From contig CALWMT010000001.1 of NCBI GenBank assembly GCA_944382045.1, forward strand, positions 1-48,056: a stretch of DNA of 48,056 bases. The letters run 5' to 3'. Under the pieces are notes generated by a model. It worked only from the letters and a program-made list of their open reading frames with translations. It did not search any database and was not told the DNA's origin. Shown in pieces: positions 1-8,073 of the stretch. The DNA comes from an uncultured Enterocloster sp. Lineage in GTDB: Bacteria; Bacillota; Clostridia; Lachnospirales; Lachnospiraceae. Numbering within the stretch: the stretch's first letter is position 1; every line of letters begins with the position of its first letter. The translations under genes and the position numbers were made by a program.

Positions 1-178
1 AAGGTATTTCGTTTCTTATGGGGTGTAGCAAAAACTATATAATGTATTGGGGGGTTACGTCTATTATAATAGCATAGACCTCCAAAAAAGTGTGCACAAA
101 CATCCATTTTTTTCGAATTTCTTTTTGAGCATTTTTCGGATACACCGCCAGTCCCCGCTTCACATCCCATGTCATATG

Positions 179-673
179 TCACAAAGAATCCGTCCCATTG
201 CCCAGGCGCACCGCCTGAGACAAGACCTCCAGCTTGTGAGTCTCTTCCCTTTCCGCCTCTCTCTGTCTTGCGGCACGGTTCTTTTGATGGAAATATTTGA
301 TAATATCCTTTCGAGTGATGATCCCAATAAAATACCTCTGGTCGTCCAGCACCGGGACAAAGTTTTGATTCAAGGCCTTGTCCAGCAGATCCTCCATATC
401 CGCGTCCGCCTTCACCGGCAGATTGTCGCACCGGCGTCGGATTGATGTGATGGGGATCTTCTCCGCCTCCCGCAGGTTCAGATCAAACTGATTTTTTATT
501 CCCCACAGCAGATCCCCCTCCGTCAGCGTGCCTATGTACCTGCCCTTTTTGCTGATAATAGGCACAGCGGAATATTTGTGATGCTCCATTTTCTCCAGAG
601 CCTGGCGCAGCGTGTCGTCCTCGCTGATGCAGGCCACCTCGCTCTTTGGCGTCAGAAAAAACAAAATATTCAT
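179..673 (-). CDS. CBS-domain protein (tandem CBS pair, YkuL-like)
   Basis: ORF 179..730, with the start moved to ATG 673 (AAAGGAG RBS upstream). CBS-like segments TLRQALEKMEHHKYSAVPII...YIGTLTEGDL and FVPVLDD...FIGIITRKDII. Confidence 0.85.
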   Translation of the reverse strand: MNILFFLTPKSEVACISEDDTLRQALEKMEHHKYSAVPIISKKGRYIGTLTEGDLLWGIKNQFDLNLREAEKIPITSIRRRCDNLPVKADADMEDLLDKALNQNFVPVLDDQRYFIGIITRKDIIKYFHQKNRAARQREAEREETHKLEVLSQAVRLGNGTDSL

Positions 674-850
674 ATGTGCCGCTCCTTTTTCCTTAATCCG
701 TTCCGGCCGCTCCCAGAGGGAGCGTGCCATATTAATTATAGTATAGAACGGCGCTCTGAACCGCTTATGAACAATTTCTTATGAAAATGTGAAGTTTATT
801 AAATTTCTAACAATCCTCCCGCCTCTTCTTTGGTCACAGCGCTGCGCCCC

Positions 851-1852
851 TTACATTTTCAGAACAGACTCCCATACCTCATCGACGACAGGGATGCCCT
901 TCTCCTTATTCTCCCGGATATTCTTGAGCTCCAGCTCGCCGGGATAATAGATCTCCCCGCCCTCCTCAATCGGCTGGGAGGATTTTACATCCGCCAGAAT
1001 CTCATCCACGATCGCGTCCGTCTCCTCCACCGTATTGAACTTAGACGGATCGATGGCGATCATGATCTGCGTCAGCCCCACCTCATCGCCGAAGGTTCCG
1101 ATCCTGCTCACAGAATTCCCATTGGTCAGCACAGTGGCGATCAGGTCCAGAACAATGGAGAGGCCGCTTCCCTTCCAATAGCCCATAGGCAGCACCCGCC
1201 AGGTCTTCTCGATCTCCGCTGGATCCGTGGTCAGATTGCCCTTGGTGTCGTATCCGCCCGGCACGGGAAGCTGCCTTCCGTTTAAGCGGCAGTCCTCGAT
1301 CTTGCCGTAGGAGAACTGGGATACCGCGCAGTCGATCATCGCGTGCTCCCCGTTGGATCTGGGCACCGCCATGATCAGAGGATTATTTCCAATCTTGCGG
1401 TTTAATCCGCCCCAGGCAGGCATATTGGGCATGGTGTTGGACCAGCAGATGCCGATGCAGCCATTGTCCGCCGCCAGCCAGCCGTAGGTGCCGCCCCGCA
1501 TCCAGTGGTTGTTGTTTCCAAGGGCCACACAGCCGATTCCGTACTCCTTTGCCAGCTCGCAGGCCCGGTCCATCGCCCTCTTGGCATTTAAGGGGCCAAA
1601 GCCCCGATGGCCATCCCAGCGCTCCATGGCGCCCATCTGCATCTGGCACGCGGCCCTGGCATTCGGATCAATCTCCCCCTTCTCCAGATAGCTCACCACC
1701 CTGGGGAAACGGTTTAAGCCATGGGAATACACGCCAGCCAGGCTGTTCTGGGCAAAAATCACTGCTGCGCTCTCGGCATCCTCCGCCCCAAATCCCTTTT
1801 TCTCCAGAACCCTCGCAAACTCCTTTACCATCACGTCATACGAAACCCTCAT
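851..1852 (-). CDS. yiaK: 2,3-diketo-L-gulonate reductase (3-dehydro-L-gulonate 2-dehydrogenase), Ldh_2 family
   Basis: Motifs GVYSHGLNRFPR, NHWMRGGTYGW, IGNNPLI and LPMGYWKGSGL are typical of YiaK/DlgD. Confidence 0.9.
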   Translation of the reverse strand: MRVSYDVMVKEFARVLEKKGFGAEDAESAAVIFAQNSLAGVYSHGLNRFPRVVSYLEKGEIDPNARAACQMQMGAMERWDGHRGFGPLNAKRAMDRACELAKEYGIGCVALGNNNHWMRGGTYGWLAADNGCIGICWSNTMPNMPAWGGLNRKIGNNPLIMAVPRSNGEHAMIDCAVSQFSYGKIEDCRLNGRQLPVPGGYDTKGNLTTDPAEIEKTWRVLPMGYWKGSGLSIVLDLIATVLTNGNSVSRIGTFGDEVGLTQIMIAIDPSKFNTVEETDAIVDEILADVKSSQPIEEGGEIYYPGELELKNIRENKEKGIPVVDEVWESVLKM

Positions 1853-1895
1853 TTTTCTTCTCCCTTCTTTATTGTGAAAATTTTTTGAAAATATT

Positions 1896-1911
1896 ATAAA
1901 AGCGCTTTCTT
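1896..1911. promoter_or_regulatory. LacI-family operator 1 (ATAAAAGCGCTTTCTT)
   Basis: Palindromic core AAAGCGCTTT (1899-1908), directly downstream of the yiaK promoter. Confidence 0.75.
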
Positions 1912-1918
1912 AGTTTTC

Positions 1919-1946
1919 ATTATAGTGGGTCAGCTGGAAAAGTCAA
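1919..1946 (-). promoter_or_regulatory. sigma-A promoter of yiaK
   Basis: TTGACT-N16-TATAAT on the minus strand. Confidence 0.7.
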
Positions 1947-2040
1947 TATATATCGTGTATTTTCCTTCATTTTTTGTGCCTTTTAAAAAATACCTGCTTA
2001 TTTTTGGATGGTTATATACGTATCAATTTTTTCACTTTAT

Positions 2041-2056
2041 ATGAAAGCGCTTTTAT
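2041..2056. promoter_or_regulatory. LacI-family operator 2 (ATGAAAGCGCTTTTAT)
   Basis: Same palindromic core as operator 1, 145 bp away. Confidence 0.7.
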
Positions 2057-2064
2057 TTAACTGC

Positions 2065-2104
2065 AAAAAAAGACCCGCCAGACCGAAAGGAGGTCCAGCG
2101 GGCT
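2065..2104 (-). terminator. Probable intrinsic terminator of the LacI gene
   Basis: Imperfect stem CCCGC..GACC/GGTC..GCGGG followed by a T7 tract on the minus strand. Confidence 0.55.
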
Positions 2105-2153
2105 GTCCCACAGCGTATTCTATTGTTTCCGCCAAGCTCCCCGGAGCTGTCCG

Positions 2154-3143
2154 TTACGTCGTCTGTCCCTGTACCAGCTCCGGCTGAATGGTGCAGGAGG
2201 AATAGGCATCCGTCTTTTCAATCAGGCTGGTTAAAAGCTGAACGCTGAGCATGGCCACCAGCTCCGGCTTATTGTCAATTGTGGTGAGCTGGGGCTCGCA
2301 GATCCGGGCATACTCCGAATTATTGTATCCGGTGACCGCCACATCCTCCGGCACACGCAGCCCGGCTCTCAGAAGGGCCTTTACCGCCCCTGCAGCCGTG
2401 ATATCCTCCCCGCAGACCAGTGCGGTAAAGGGCCTTTTGCTGTGAAGCAGCTTCTCCACTGCCCGCATGCCTCCCGCAAGGCTCATCTCTGTCTCCAGCA
2501 CACGGCGCCTGGCAGCCTCCAGGCCCTCCTGCCGCATACCGTTCAGGAATCCTTTGCATTTCAATTCAGCGCTGGCCGTATTCATATCCTTCAGGTAGTA
2601 GATCTCCTTATGTCCCTTCTCCGCCAGATGCCGCACCGCAAGCGATACCCCGTACTGGTCGTCCACCAGCACGGAGTAGGAATTGGGCAGATCCAGCCTT
2701 CCGTTGGCCAATACCAGAGGCGTCGTCCTAAGAAGCGCCTCAATCTCCGGCGTCCGGCAGAGGGTATTGAAAATAGAACCAACCAAAACCAGGCCATCTG
2801 CCTTCTTCTCCACTGCCGTCCGCAGGTACTTCTCCGTCTCCGGCAGCTCTCCGCCCGTATTGCACAGTGTCACCTCGTACCCCCGGCGGCTGAATTCCCT
2901 CTCAATGGTATACGCCTGCCTGGCATATTGCGGCACTCGGATGTCCACCGTCAAAACCGCCACAGTCCGCATGGACTTGCTCACCATTCCCCTGGCGATG
3001 GCGCTGGGGGTATAGTTGTGCTTCTGCAGGATCTCCATCACGTTTTTTCTTGTATTTTCATTCACATTTCCCTTGTCGTTCAGGACACGGGATACCGTGG
3101 AAATCGATACGCCCGCCTCTCTTGCGATGTCATAAATATTCAT
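2154..3143 (-). CDS. LacI-family transcriptional regulator
   Basis: N-terminal HTH MNIYDIAREAGVSISTVSRVLN, plus a sugar-binding domain (VPEDVAVTGY, PQLTTI). Confidence 0.95.
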   Translation of the reverse strand: MNIYDIAREAGVSISTVSRVLNDKGNVNENTRKNVMEILQKHNYTPSAIARGMVSKSMRTVAVLTVDIRVPQYARQAYTIEREFSRRGYEVTLCNTGGELPETEKYLRTAVEKKADGLVLVGSIFNTLCRTPEIEALLRTTPLVLANGRLDLPNSYSVLVDDQYGVSLAVRHLAEKGHKEIYYLKDMNTASAELKCKGFLNGMRQEGLEAARRRVLETEMSLAGGMRAVEKLLHSKRPFTALVCGEDITAAGAVKALLRAGLRVPEDVAVTGYNNSEYARICEPQLTTIDNKPELVAMLSVQLLTSLIEKTDAYSSCTIQPELVQGQTT

Positions 3144-3169
3144 GCTTATCCTCTTTTCGCGCTTTCCTT

Positions 3170-3217
3170 ATGAAAGTGCTTTCTTAAAAGATAAGCCCTC
3201 CGCGTCCTGATTGTCAA
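3170..3217 (-). promoter_or_regulatory. LacI gene promoter with overlapping operator 3 (ATGAAAGTGCTTTCTT, 3170-3185)
   Basis: TTGACA-N18-TATCTT at 3217-3188. An operator-like near-palindrome lies over the expected start site. Confidence 0.65.
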
Positions 3218-3250
3218 GGGGATTTTCATCCTCTAGTCAGCTTCCTTCCC

Positions 3251-3997
3251 TCACTCCATATAATCCAGTGGGTCCACCGCCTCTCCCTGGTGCTTCATCT
3301 CCAGGAACACATTCACTCCCTCCACGGAGTAATACTTGGTGGGCTCCGCCACATACCCCAGGATCTGTCCCTGCGTTAGGTACTCCCCCTGAACCGCAGT
3401 AATTTCCTTGAGCTGGCCGCAGGTAACGGTGTAGTCATTTCCCAGATCCATAACCACATAGCTTCCAATCTCCTCGTTGGCACCCACCTCCAGAACTCTG
3501 GCGTTGGCAGGGGCCTCCACCGGCGTGCTCACATCAGACTGAATCACAATGCCGGGATTGCACTTGTACTGATCCAGGGTCGGAAAATAGATGGTTTTGT
3601 CCATACTGTAGTCCAGAAGCACATTGCCGCGCACCGGCCAGAGCATTCGGCTGTCCGCTGTGAAATCCAGCACCAGAGCCTGGGCTGCGCTTCCCCCGGC
3701 ACCGGCCTCCGCTGCCAGATCATCCTCCCGGTTGGGATTTGCGGCCGCTGCCCTCTGCGTCTCCTCGGCCGCAGATGTATTCTCCCCGCGGTCCGCAGTC
3801 ACAGCTCCTCTGTTTTCTTCCTTTGTCTCCTCAGCAATTAATTCCTGCTGCGGCATCTCCAGGTACGGATTCGTCTCCGCTCCTCTTCCTCTTTGTACGG
3901 TAATGATTCCTGCTGCGGCTACCAGAGTCAGCAGGCCTAAAACTAGTACGACAAGAAACAGCTTATCCTTGAACATCTGATTTACTTTGTCTCTCAC
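3251..3997 (-). CDS. spoIIQ: SpoIIQ-like membrane-anchored protein with a degenerate M23/LytM domain
   Basis: N-terminal TM, low-complexity linker and LytM fold (WPVRG, TPVEAPANARV, GQILGYV, VDPLDY). Lies directly after spoIID. GTG start at 3997 follows a GAGGTG RBS. Confidence 0.7.
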   Translation of the reverse strand: MRDKVNQMFKDKLFLVVLVLGLLTLVAAAGIITVQRGRGAETNPYLEMPQQELIAEETKEENRGAVTADRGENTSAAEETQRAAAANPNREDDLAAEAGAGGSAAQALVLDFTADSRMLWPVRGNVLLDYSMDKTIYFPTLDQYKCNPGIVIQSDVSTPVEAPANARVLEVGANEEIGSYVVMDLGNDYTVTCGQLKEITAVQGEYLTQGQILGYVAEPTKYYSVEGVNVFLEMKHQGEAVDPLDYME

Positions 3998-4014
3998 GTT
4001 TATCACCTCGGTAC

Positions 4015-4043
4015 TATTCTTACCAAACCAAGGCTCCTTATTC
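4015..4043 (-). promoter_or_regulatory. Candidate sigma-F promoter of the spoIIQ-like gene
   Basis: GAATA-N14-GGTAAGAATA, compared with the consensus GYWTA-N15-GGnrAnAnTw. Confidence 0.45.
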
Positions 4044-4985
4044 AGAAATCACGATGTTTTTATAAAAATATCCGAGGATGTCATCCGCCGTCCAGCCGTC
4101 CTTTGCCTTCTCATTTGCCGTGTACTGGCTGAGGCCATATCCATGCCCCTTTCCCTTTACCGTGAACCGAAGGCCCTCCTCCGACGCTCCCGCAAAAAAG
4201 CAGGAGGAGGAAAGTCCAAGCGCGTACTGGATTTCCTCCCCTGTAAATACAAAGCCTCCTATTTGTATTTCCTCTACATATCCGGCCGGATCCCTGGATA
4301 TAATCTGAATTCCTTCCGGAAGCTCCTGCGGCGCTATCTGCCGCGGGCCCGTATCCCCCTCTGGGATGGAATTTATGGCTGCCGCCGCCTCCTCATAAGA
4401 AAAGCTCCTTGTCTCTTCAAAGTCCGCTGCCTCCATATCCTCCGGACAGTCCACATTCTGAAAATAGGGGTGAAGAAAATCCCCGCTTCTCGTCATTCCT
4501 GAGGACAGCCTGAAAAACATCGGATCGATCAGCTCTCCCTCATAGGTGAGCACCCTTCCCTCGGTGGCCCTTACTGCCTCCTCCACCTTCTCAAAATAGG
4601 CGGGGAACGCCGCAGTCCCCCACATTTCCTTTAACTGCTTTTCCTCGGGATAGTCAAGATCCAGGGCAGCCTCCGCAATCTCTGATGTCCCGGCAGCCTC
4701 CATCTGGCGGCGTATGTAGGTTCGGGCAATGATTGCCTGCGCCTTCAAGGCCTCCGCCTCATAATCTGCCGGAATCTGCATGGCAGCCACGCCCGTCAGG
4801 TAGTCCTCCATATCCATGTAATAGGAGCCCTCTCCCCGTTCCAGCCAGACACTATATTTTCCAGCCTCCAATTGCTGCTGTTCATAAAAGGCCTCCTCTC
4901 CCCGGACCGTGCCTGTCCATGCCATAGTCCCCAGATAAGGCCCCGCCGCTAGGGCCGCGGCCGCCCACAAAAAACGCCGGTTCAT
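4038..4985 (-). CDS. spoIID: Stage II sporulation protein D (SpoIID/LytB lytic transglycosylase family)
   Basis: Motifs EDYLTGVAA, EALKAQAIIARTY, AVRATEG and GKGHGYGLSQYTAN. Start moved to ATG 4985 (MNRRFLW, signal/TM). Confidence 0.85.
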   Translation of the reverse strand: MNRRFLWAAAALAAGPYLGTMAWTGTVRGEEAFYEQQQLEAGKYSVWLERGEGSYYMDMEDYLTGVAAMQIPADYEAEALKAQAIIARTYIRRQMEAAGTSEIAEAALDLDYPEEKQLKEMWGTAAFPAYFEKVEEAVRATEGRVLTYEGELIDPMFFRLSSGMTRSGDFLHPYFQNVDCPEDMEAADFEETRSFSYEEAAAAINSIPEGDTGPRQIAPQELPEGIQIISRDPAGYVEEIQIGGFVFTGEEIQYALGLSSSCFFAGASEEGLRFTVKGKGHGYGLSQYTANEKAKDGWTADDILGYFYKNIVISE

Positions 4986-5038
4986 CGCTCTCCACCCCGC
5001 CTTCCGCTCCCAGCCAATAGAAAAAATATGCTGGTAAG

Positions 5039-5068
5039 AGTATATGCAGGGCGGAGGGGAAGTATGTG
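5039..5068 (-). promoter_or_regulatory. Candidate sigma-E promoter of spoIID
   Basis: CATA-N16-CATATACT on the minus strand matches the sigE pattern ATA-N16-18-CATAcanT. Confidence 0.6.
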
Positions 5069-5098
5069 CAGCGAATGCATTCCTTCTGCGCGGCGCAC

Positions 5099-6595
5099 TC
5101 ACCTCACCCGATAAATCTCCCCATACTTTTCCTTCAGATACCACACATAATAATCTGGATTAAAATCCTCCCCCGTCATGTCTATAAGCAGCTGGCGGCT
5201 GGTCCTAATCCTTCCATACTGGTGGATGTGCTCCCGCAGGTATTCCCGGATGACCCCCAGCTCCCCGCGCTCCAGAAGGCCGTCAAAGTCCATCGCCTTT
5301 CGCATGTGGAAATAAATCTGTGCCCCAAAGGCGCTTCCCAGGGCGTAGGAGGGGAAGTAGCCGAAGGATCCCTGGGCCCAGTGAATATCCTGGAGAGCTC
5401 CCTCCCCGTCATGAGAGGGCCGAAGTCCCAGATATTCCTCATATTTATCCGCCCACACCCGGGGGATATCCCGCACATCCATATCCTCCTCTATCAAGAG
5501 CTTCTCTATCTCATAGCGGATCAGCACGTGAAGGCTGTAGGTGAGCTCGTCAGCCTCCGTGCGGATAAGACCGGGCTCCACCTTATTCACTGCAGCCACA
5601 AACGCCTCCCGGGGGATCTCCCCCAGCTCGTCAGGAAACAGGGCCCGAAGCTTCTCATAAATGGGGATCCAGAAGGCAGAGCTGCGCCCAATTATATTTT
5701 CAAAGAATCGGGACTGGGACTCATGCATGCCCATGCTGGCTCCCTGGCCTGCCGGTGTCAGCGTCAGATCGTCCCGGATGCCCATTTCGTAAATCCCGTG
5801 CCCTGCCTCGTGGATCACGGAAAACAGGGAGCTGTCCACCCGATCTGTATAGTGGGTGGTAATCCGCACGTCCCTGTTGTGCAGGTTGGTGGTAAATGGA
5901 TGGGCGCTGACCCCGAGCACGCCCTTTTCAAAGTCAAAGCCCACATACTCCGCAAGGAACCTGGCCAGCCGCTCCTGCTTATCCGCCGGGTAATCGCCTC
6001 TGAGAAAGCTGTCGTCGATCCGGCGTCCCTTCTCCCGTATCTTCTGCAAAAGCGGTGTCAGCTCTGTCCTTATCTCCCCGAAAAATACATCCAGATTTTT
6101 CATGGAGAAGCCCTTTTCATACTCGTCCAGCATCACATCGTAGAGGGCTTCCCCCTCCTTTGCCCGGTATGCGGCAAATTTCTTCTGGTATTGTATAATG
6201 GAAGCGAGAGCAGGCGCAAACGCCATGAAATTCCTATCCCTCTTGGCCTGCGCCCAGACAGCGCCGGCCTGCGCCGTCAGGCGGGCAAATGCCTGGTACT
6301 CCTCCCGGGGAATGCATTTGATCCGTTCGAGCTCCTCCGCAAGCTCCCGAACATTGGCGGACTCTGCCTCCGTAAGCTCCCCGTCCTCCTCCTGGCACGC
6401 GGCCAGGCAGGCAGCAAATTCCGTTCCCGTAATAATTGAAAAATATTCCCCGGAAAGGCTTCCGATAACCTCCGCAGTCAGCGCTCCCGCCTGGCGGGGC
6501 GCAAGTGTCTCATTGTCCCACTCAAACAGGGTCATGGCGGTCCTTATAGCCATCGCTCTGTCCATATATTCCTTTAACGCGTCGTATGCCCGCAT
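5099..6595 (-). CDS. Carboxypeptidase, M32 (Taq) family
   Basis: Motifs HPF, DVRITT, HEAGH, MHESQSRF, IRTEADE, QDIHW and GYFPSYALG. Confidence 0.95.
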   Translation of the reverse strand: MRAYDALKEYMDRAMAIRTAMTLFEWDNETLAPRQAGALTAEVIGSLSGEYFSIITGTEFAACLAACQEEDGELTEAESANVRELAEELERIKCIPREEYQAFARLTAQAGAVWAQAKRDRNFMAFAPALASIIQYQKKFAAYRAKEGEALYDVMLDEYEKGFSMKNLDVFFGEIRTELTPLLQKIREKGRRIDDSFLRGDYPADKQERLARFLAEYVGFDFEKGVLGVSAHPFTTNLHNRDVRITTHYTDRVDSSLFSVIHEAGHGIYEMGIRDDLTLTPAGQGASMGMHESQSRFFENIIGRSSAFWIPIYEKLRALFPDELGEIPREAFVAAVNKVEPGLIRTEADELTYSLHVLIRYEIEKLLIEEDMDVRDIPRVWADKYEEYLGLRPSHDGEGALQDIHWAQGSFGYFPSYALGSAFGAQIYFHMRKAMDFDGLLERGELGVIREYLREHIHQYGRIRTSRQLLIDMTGEDFNPDYYVWYLKEKYGEIYRVR

Positions 6596-6716
6596 TGCTC
6601 ATTTCTCCTTTCATCGGCCCCCCTATTGTGCCCCAAAATGTCTCCCGTGAATCATACCACAAAATGCCTTTTCTTCCAAGTAAGAGCACAGCCGAAAGAG
6701 CCTACAAACCTTTTTG

Positions 6717-6745
6717 TTGTTTCCGTCATTTTATTGTGCTATAAT
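6717..6745 (+). promoter_or_regulatory. sigma-A promoter of the iadA-like gene
   Basis: TTGTTT-N17-TATAAT with an extended -10 (TGcTATAAT). Confidence 0.65.
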
Positions 6746-6785
6746 GCTAAACAGAACGCTAATTGAGAAAGGCAGGTATAAGATT

Positions 6786-7958
6786 ATGGATCTGCTCCTT
6801 ATTAAAAACGCAGATGTTTATGCCCCCAAGCATCTTGGGCGGCAGGATGTGCTTATTAATGGCGGGAAGATTGTAAGGATAGGGACCGATCTGGAGACTT
6901 CCTACGGCTCTCTCTCCGTGGAGGTGGTGGACGCCTCCGGCCTGGTGATGACGCCGGGCTTCGTGGATCAGCACGTGCATGTGATAGGCGCAGGCGGTGA
7001 GGCCGGCTATTTCAGCCGCACACCGGAGATGCGGATCTCCCAGATTGTGCCCCACGGCATCACCACCATCGTAGGCCTCCACGGAACGGACGGCACCGCG
7101 CGCAACATCGAGGCTCTCTACGCCAAGGTCTGTTCTCTGGAGCAGGAGGGAATTACCGCCCGAATGCTCACCGGATCCTTTGAGATGCCCTCTGCCACTC
7201 TTGCAGGCTCTGTACGGAGGGATATTCTCTTTGTGGACAAGGTAATCGGCGCAAAGACCGCCATCTCCGACCGCCGCTCCTCCCAGCCCACCCGGGCAGA
7301 GATTGAGCATCTTGTGGCGGAGGCCTACACCGCCGGGCTGGTAAGCGGCAAGCGTGGATACACCCACATACATATGGGAAATGGAAAGCGACGTCTCTCC
7401 ATGCTCATGGATATTATCCGGGAGACAGAGCTTCCGCCTTACCTGATGATACCCACCCACATCAATCGGGATGAGGGACTGTTTGCCCAGTCCATTGAAT
7501 TTGCAAAGCTGGGCGGTATTGTGGATATCACCTCCGGCATAGCCCCGGAATATGGCTTTGAGGGCACGATCAAGCCGAGCAAGGCCATCCGGCGCCTCCT
7601 TGAGGCCGGCGTAGATGTCCGTCAGATCACCATGAGCTCCGATGCCAACGGATGCATGGCCGTCTATGACAGCCAGGGCAATTATGCGGGACTCTGCGTT
7701 ACCACAGTGGAGACCATTCACAAGGAATTCTGCTGCCTGGTAAAGGAGGAGTCCATTCCCATGGAGACCGCGCTGCAGTTCATCACCACAAGCCCGGCAG
7801 CAGCTATCGGTATGTATCCCCAGAAGGGACAGCTGGCTGTGGGCGCGGACGCAGATCTGGTTCTCATGGATTCAGATCTCTCCATCCGCAAGGTTTACGC
7901 CATGGGGCGCCTTGCTGCAGAGGATGGCGTATCGATCCTAAAGGGGGCCTTCGAATAA
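6786..7958 (+). CDS. iadA: Beta-aspartyl (isoaspartyl) dipeptidase-like amidohydrolase
   Basis: Motifs PGFVDQHVH..GAGGEAG..SRTPE, GITTIVGLHGTDG, HIHMG, PTHINR and SSDANG. Start at ATG 6786. Confidence 0.85.
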   Translation: MDLLLIKNADVYAPKHLGRQDVLINGGKIVRIGTDLETSYGSLSVEVVDASGLVMTPGFVDQHVHVIGAGGEAGYFSRTPEMRISQIVPHGITTIVGLHGTDGTARNIEALYAKVCSLEQEGITARMLTGSFEMPSATLAGSVRRDILFVDKVIGAKTAISDRRSSQPTRAEIEHLVAEAYTAGLVSGKRGYTHIHMGNGKRRLSMLMDIIRETELPPYLMIPTHINRDEGLFAQSIEFAKLGGIVDITSGIAPEYGFEGTIKPSKAIRRLLEAGVDVRQITMSSDANGCMAVYDSQGNYAGLCVTTVETIHKEFCCLVKEESIPMETALQFITTSPAAAIGMYPQKGQLAVGADADLVLMDSDLSIRKVYAMGRLAAEDGVSILKGAFE

Positions 7959-8073
7959 GCTCCCCGGCAGCTCTTCCACAACACAAGTAAACGTCCGGGA
8001 CAGCCCATTTCCCACATCTGTTTCTGTGCTGTCCCCCTCGGTTTACCATAAAAAAAACCAAAGGAGCATGAGT

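Noticed and set aside
5066-6439. 457-aa plus-strand ORF
   Set aside because: Antisense shadow of the M32 carboxypeptidase, with no recognisable motifs. Expected with GC-rich third codon positions.
6593-6602. Possible frameshift at the M32 start (out-of-frame ATG at 6602)
   Set aside because: That ATG is too close to the RBS, while ATG 6595 has normal spacing and gives an intact protein.
7988-8046. Long imperfect hairpin between iadA and the transporter
   Set aside because: No U-tract or known motif. At most an mRNA-stability element.
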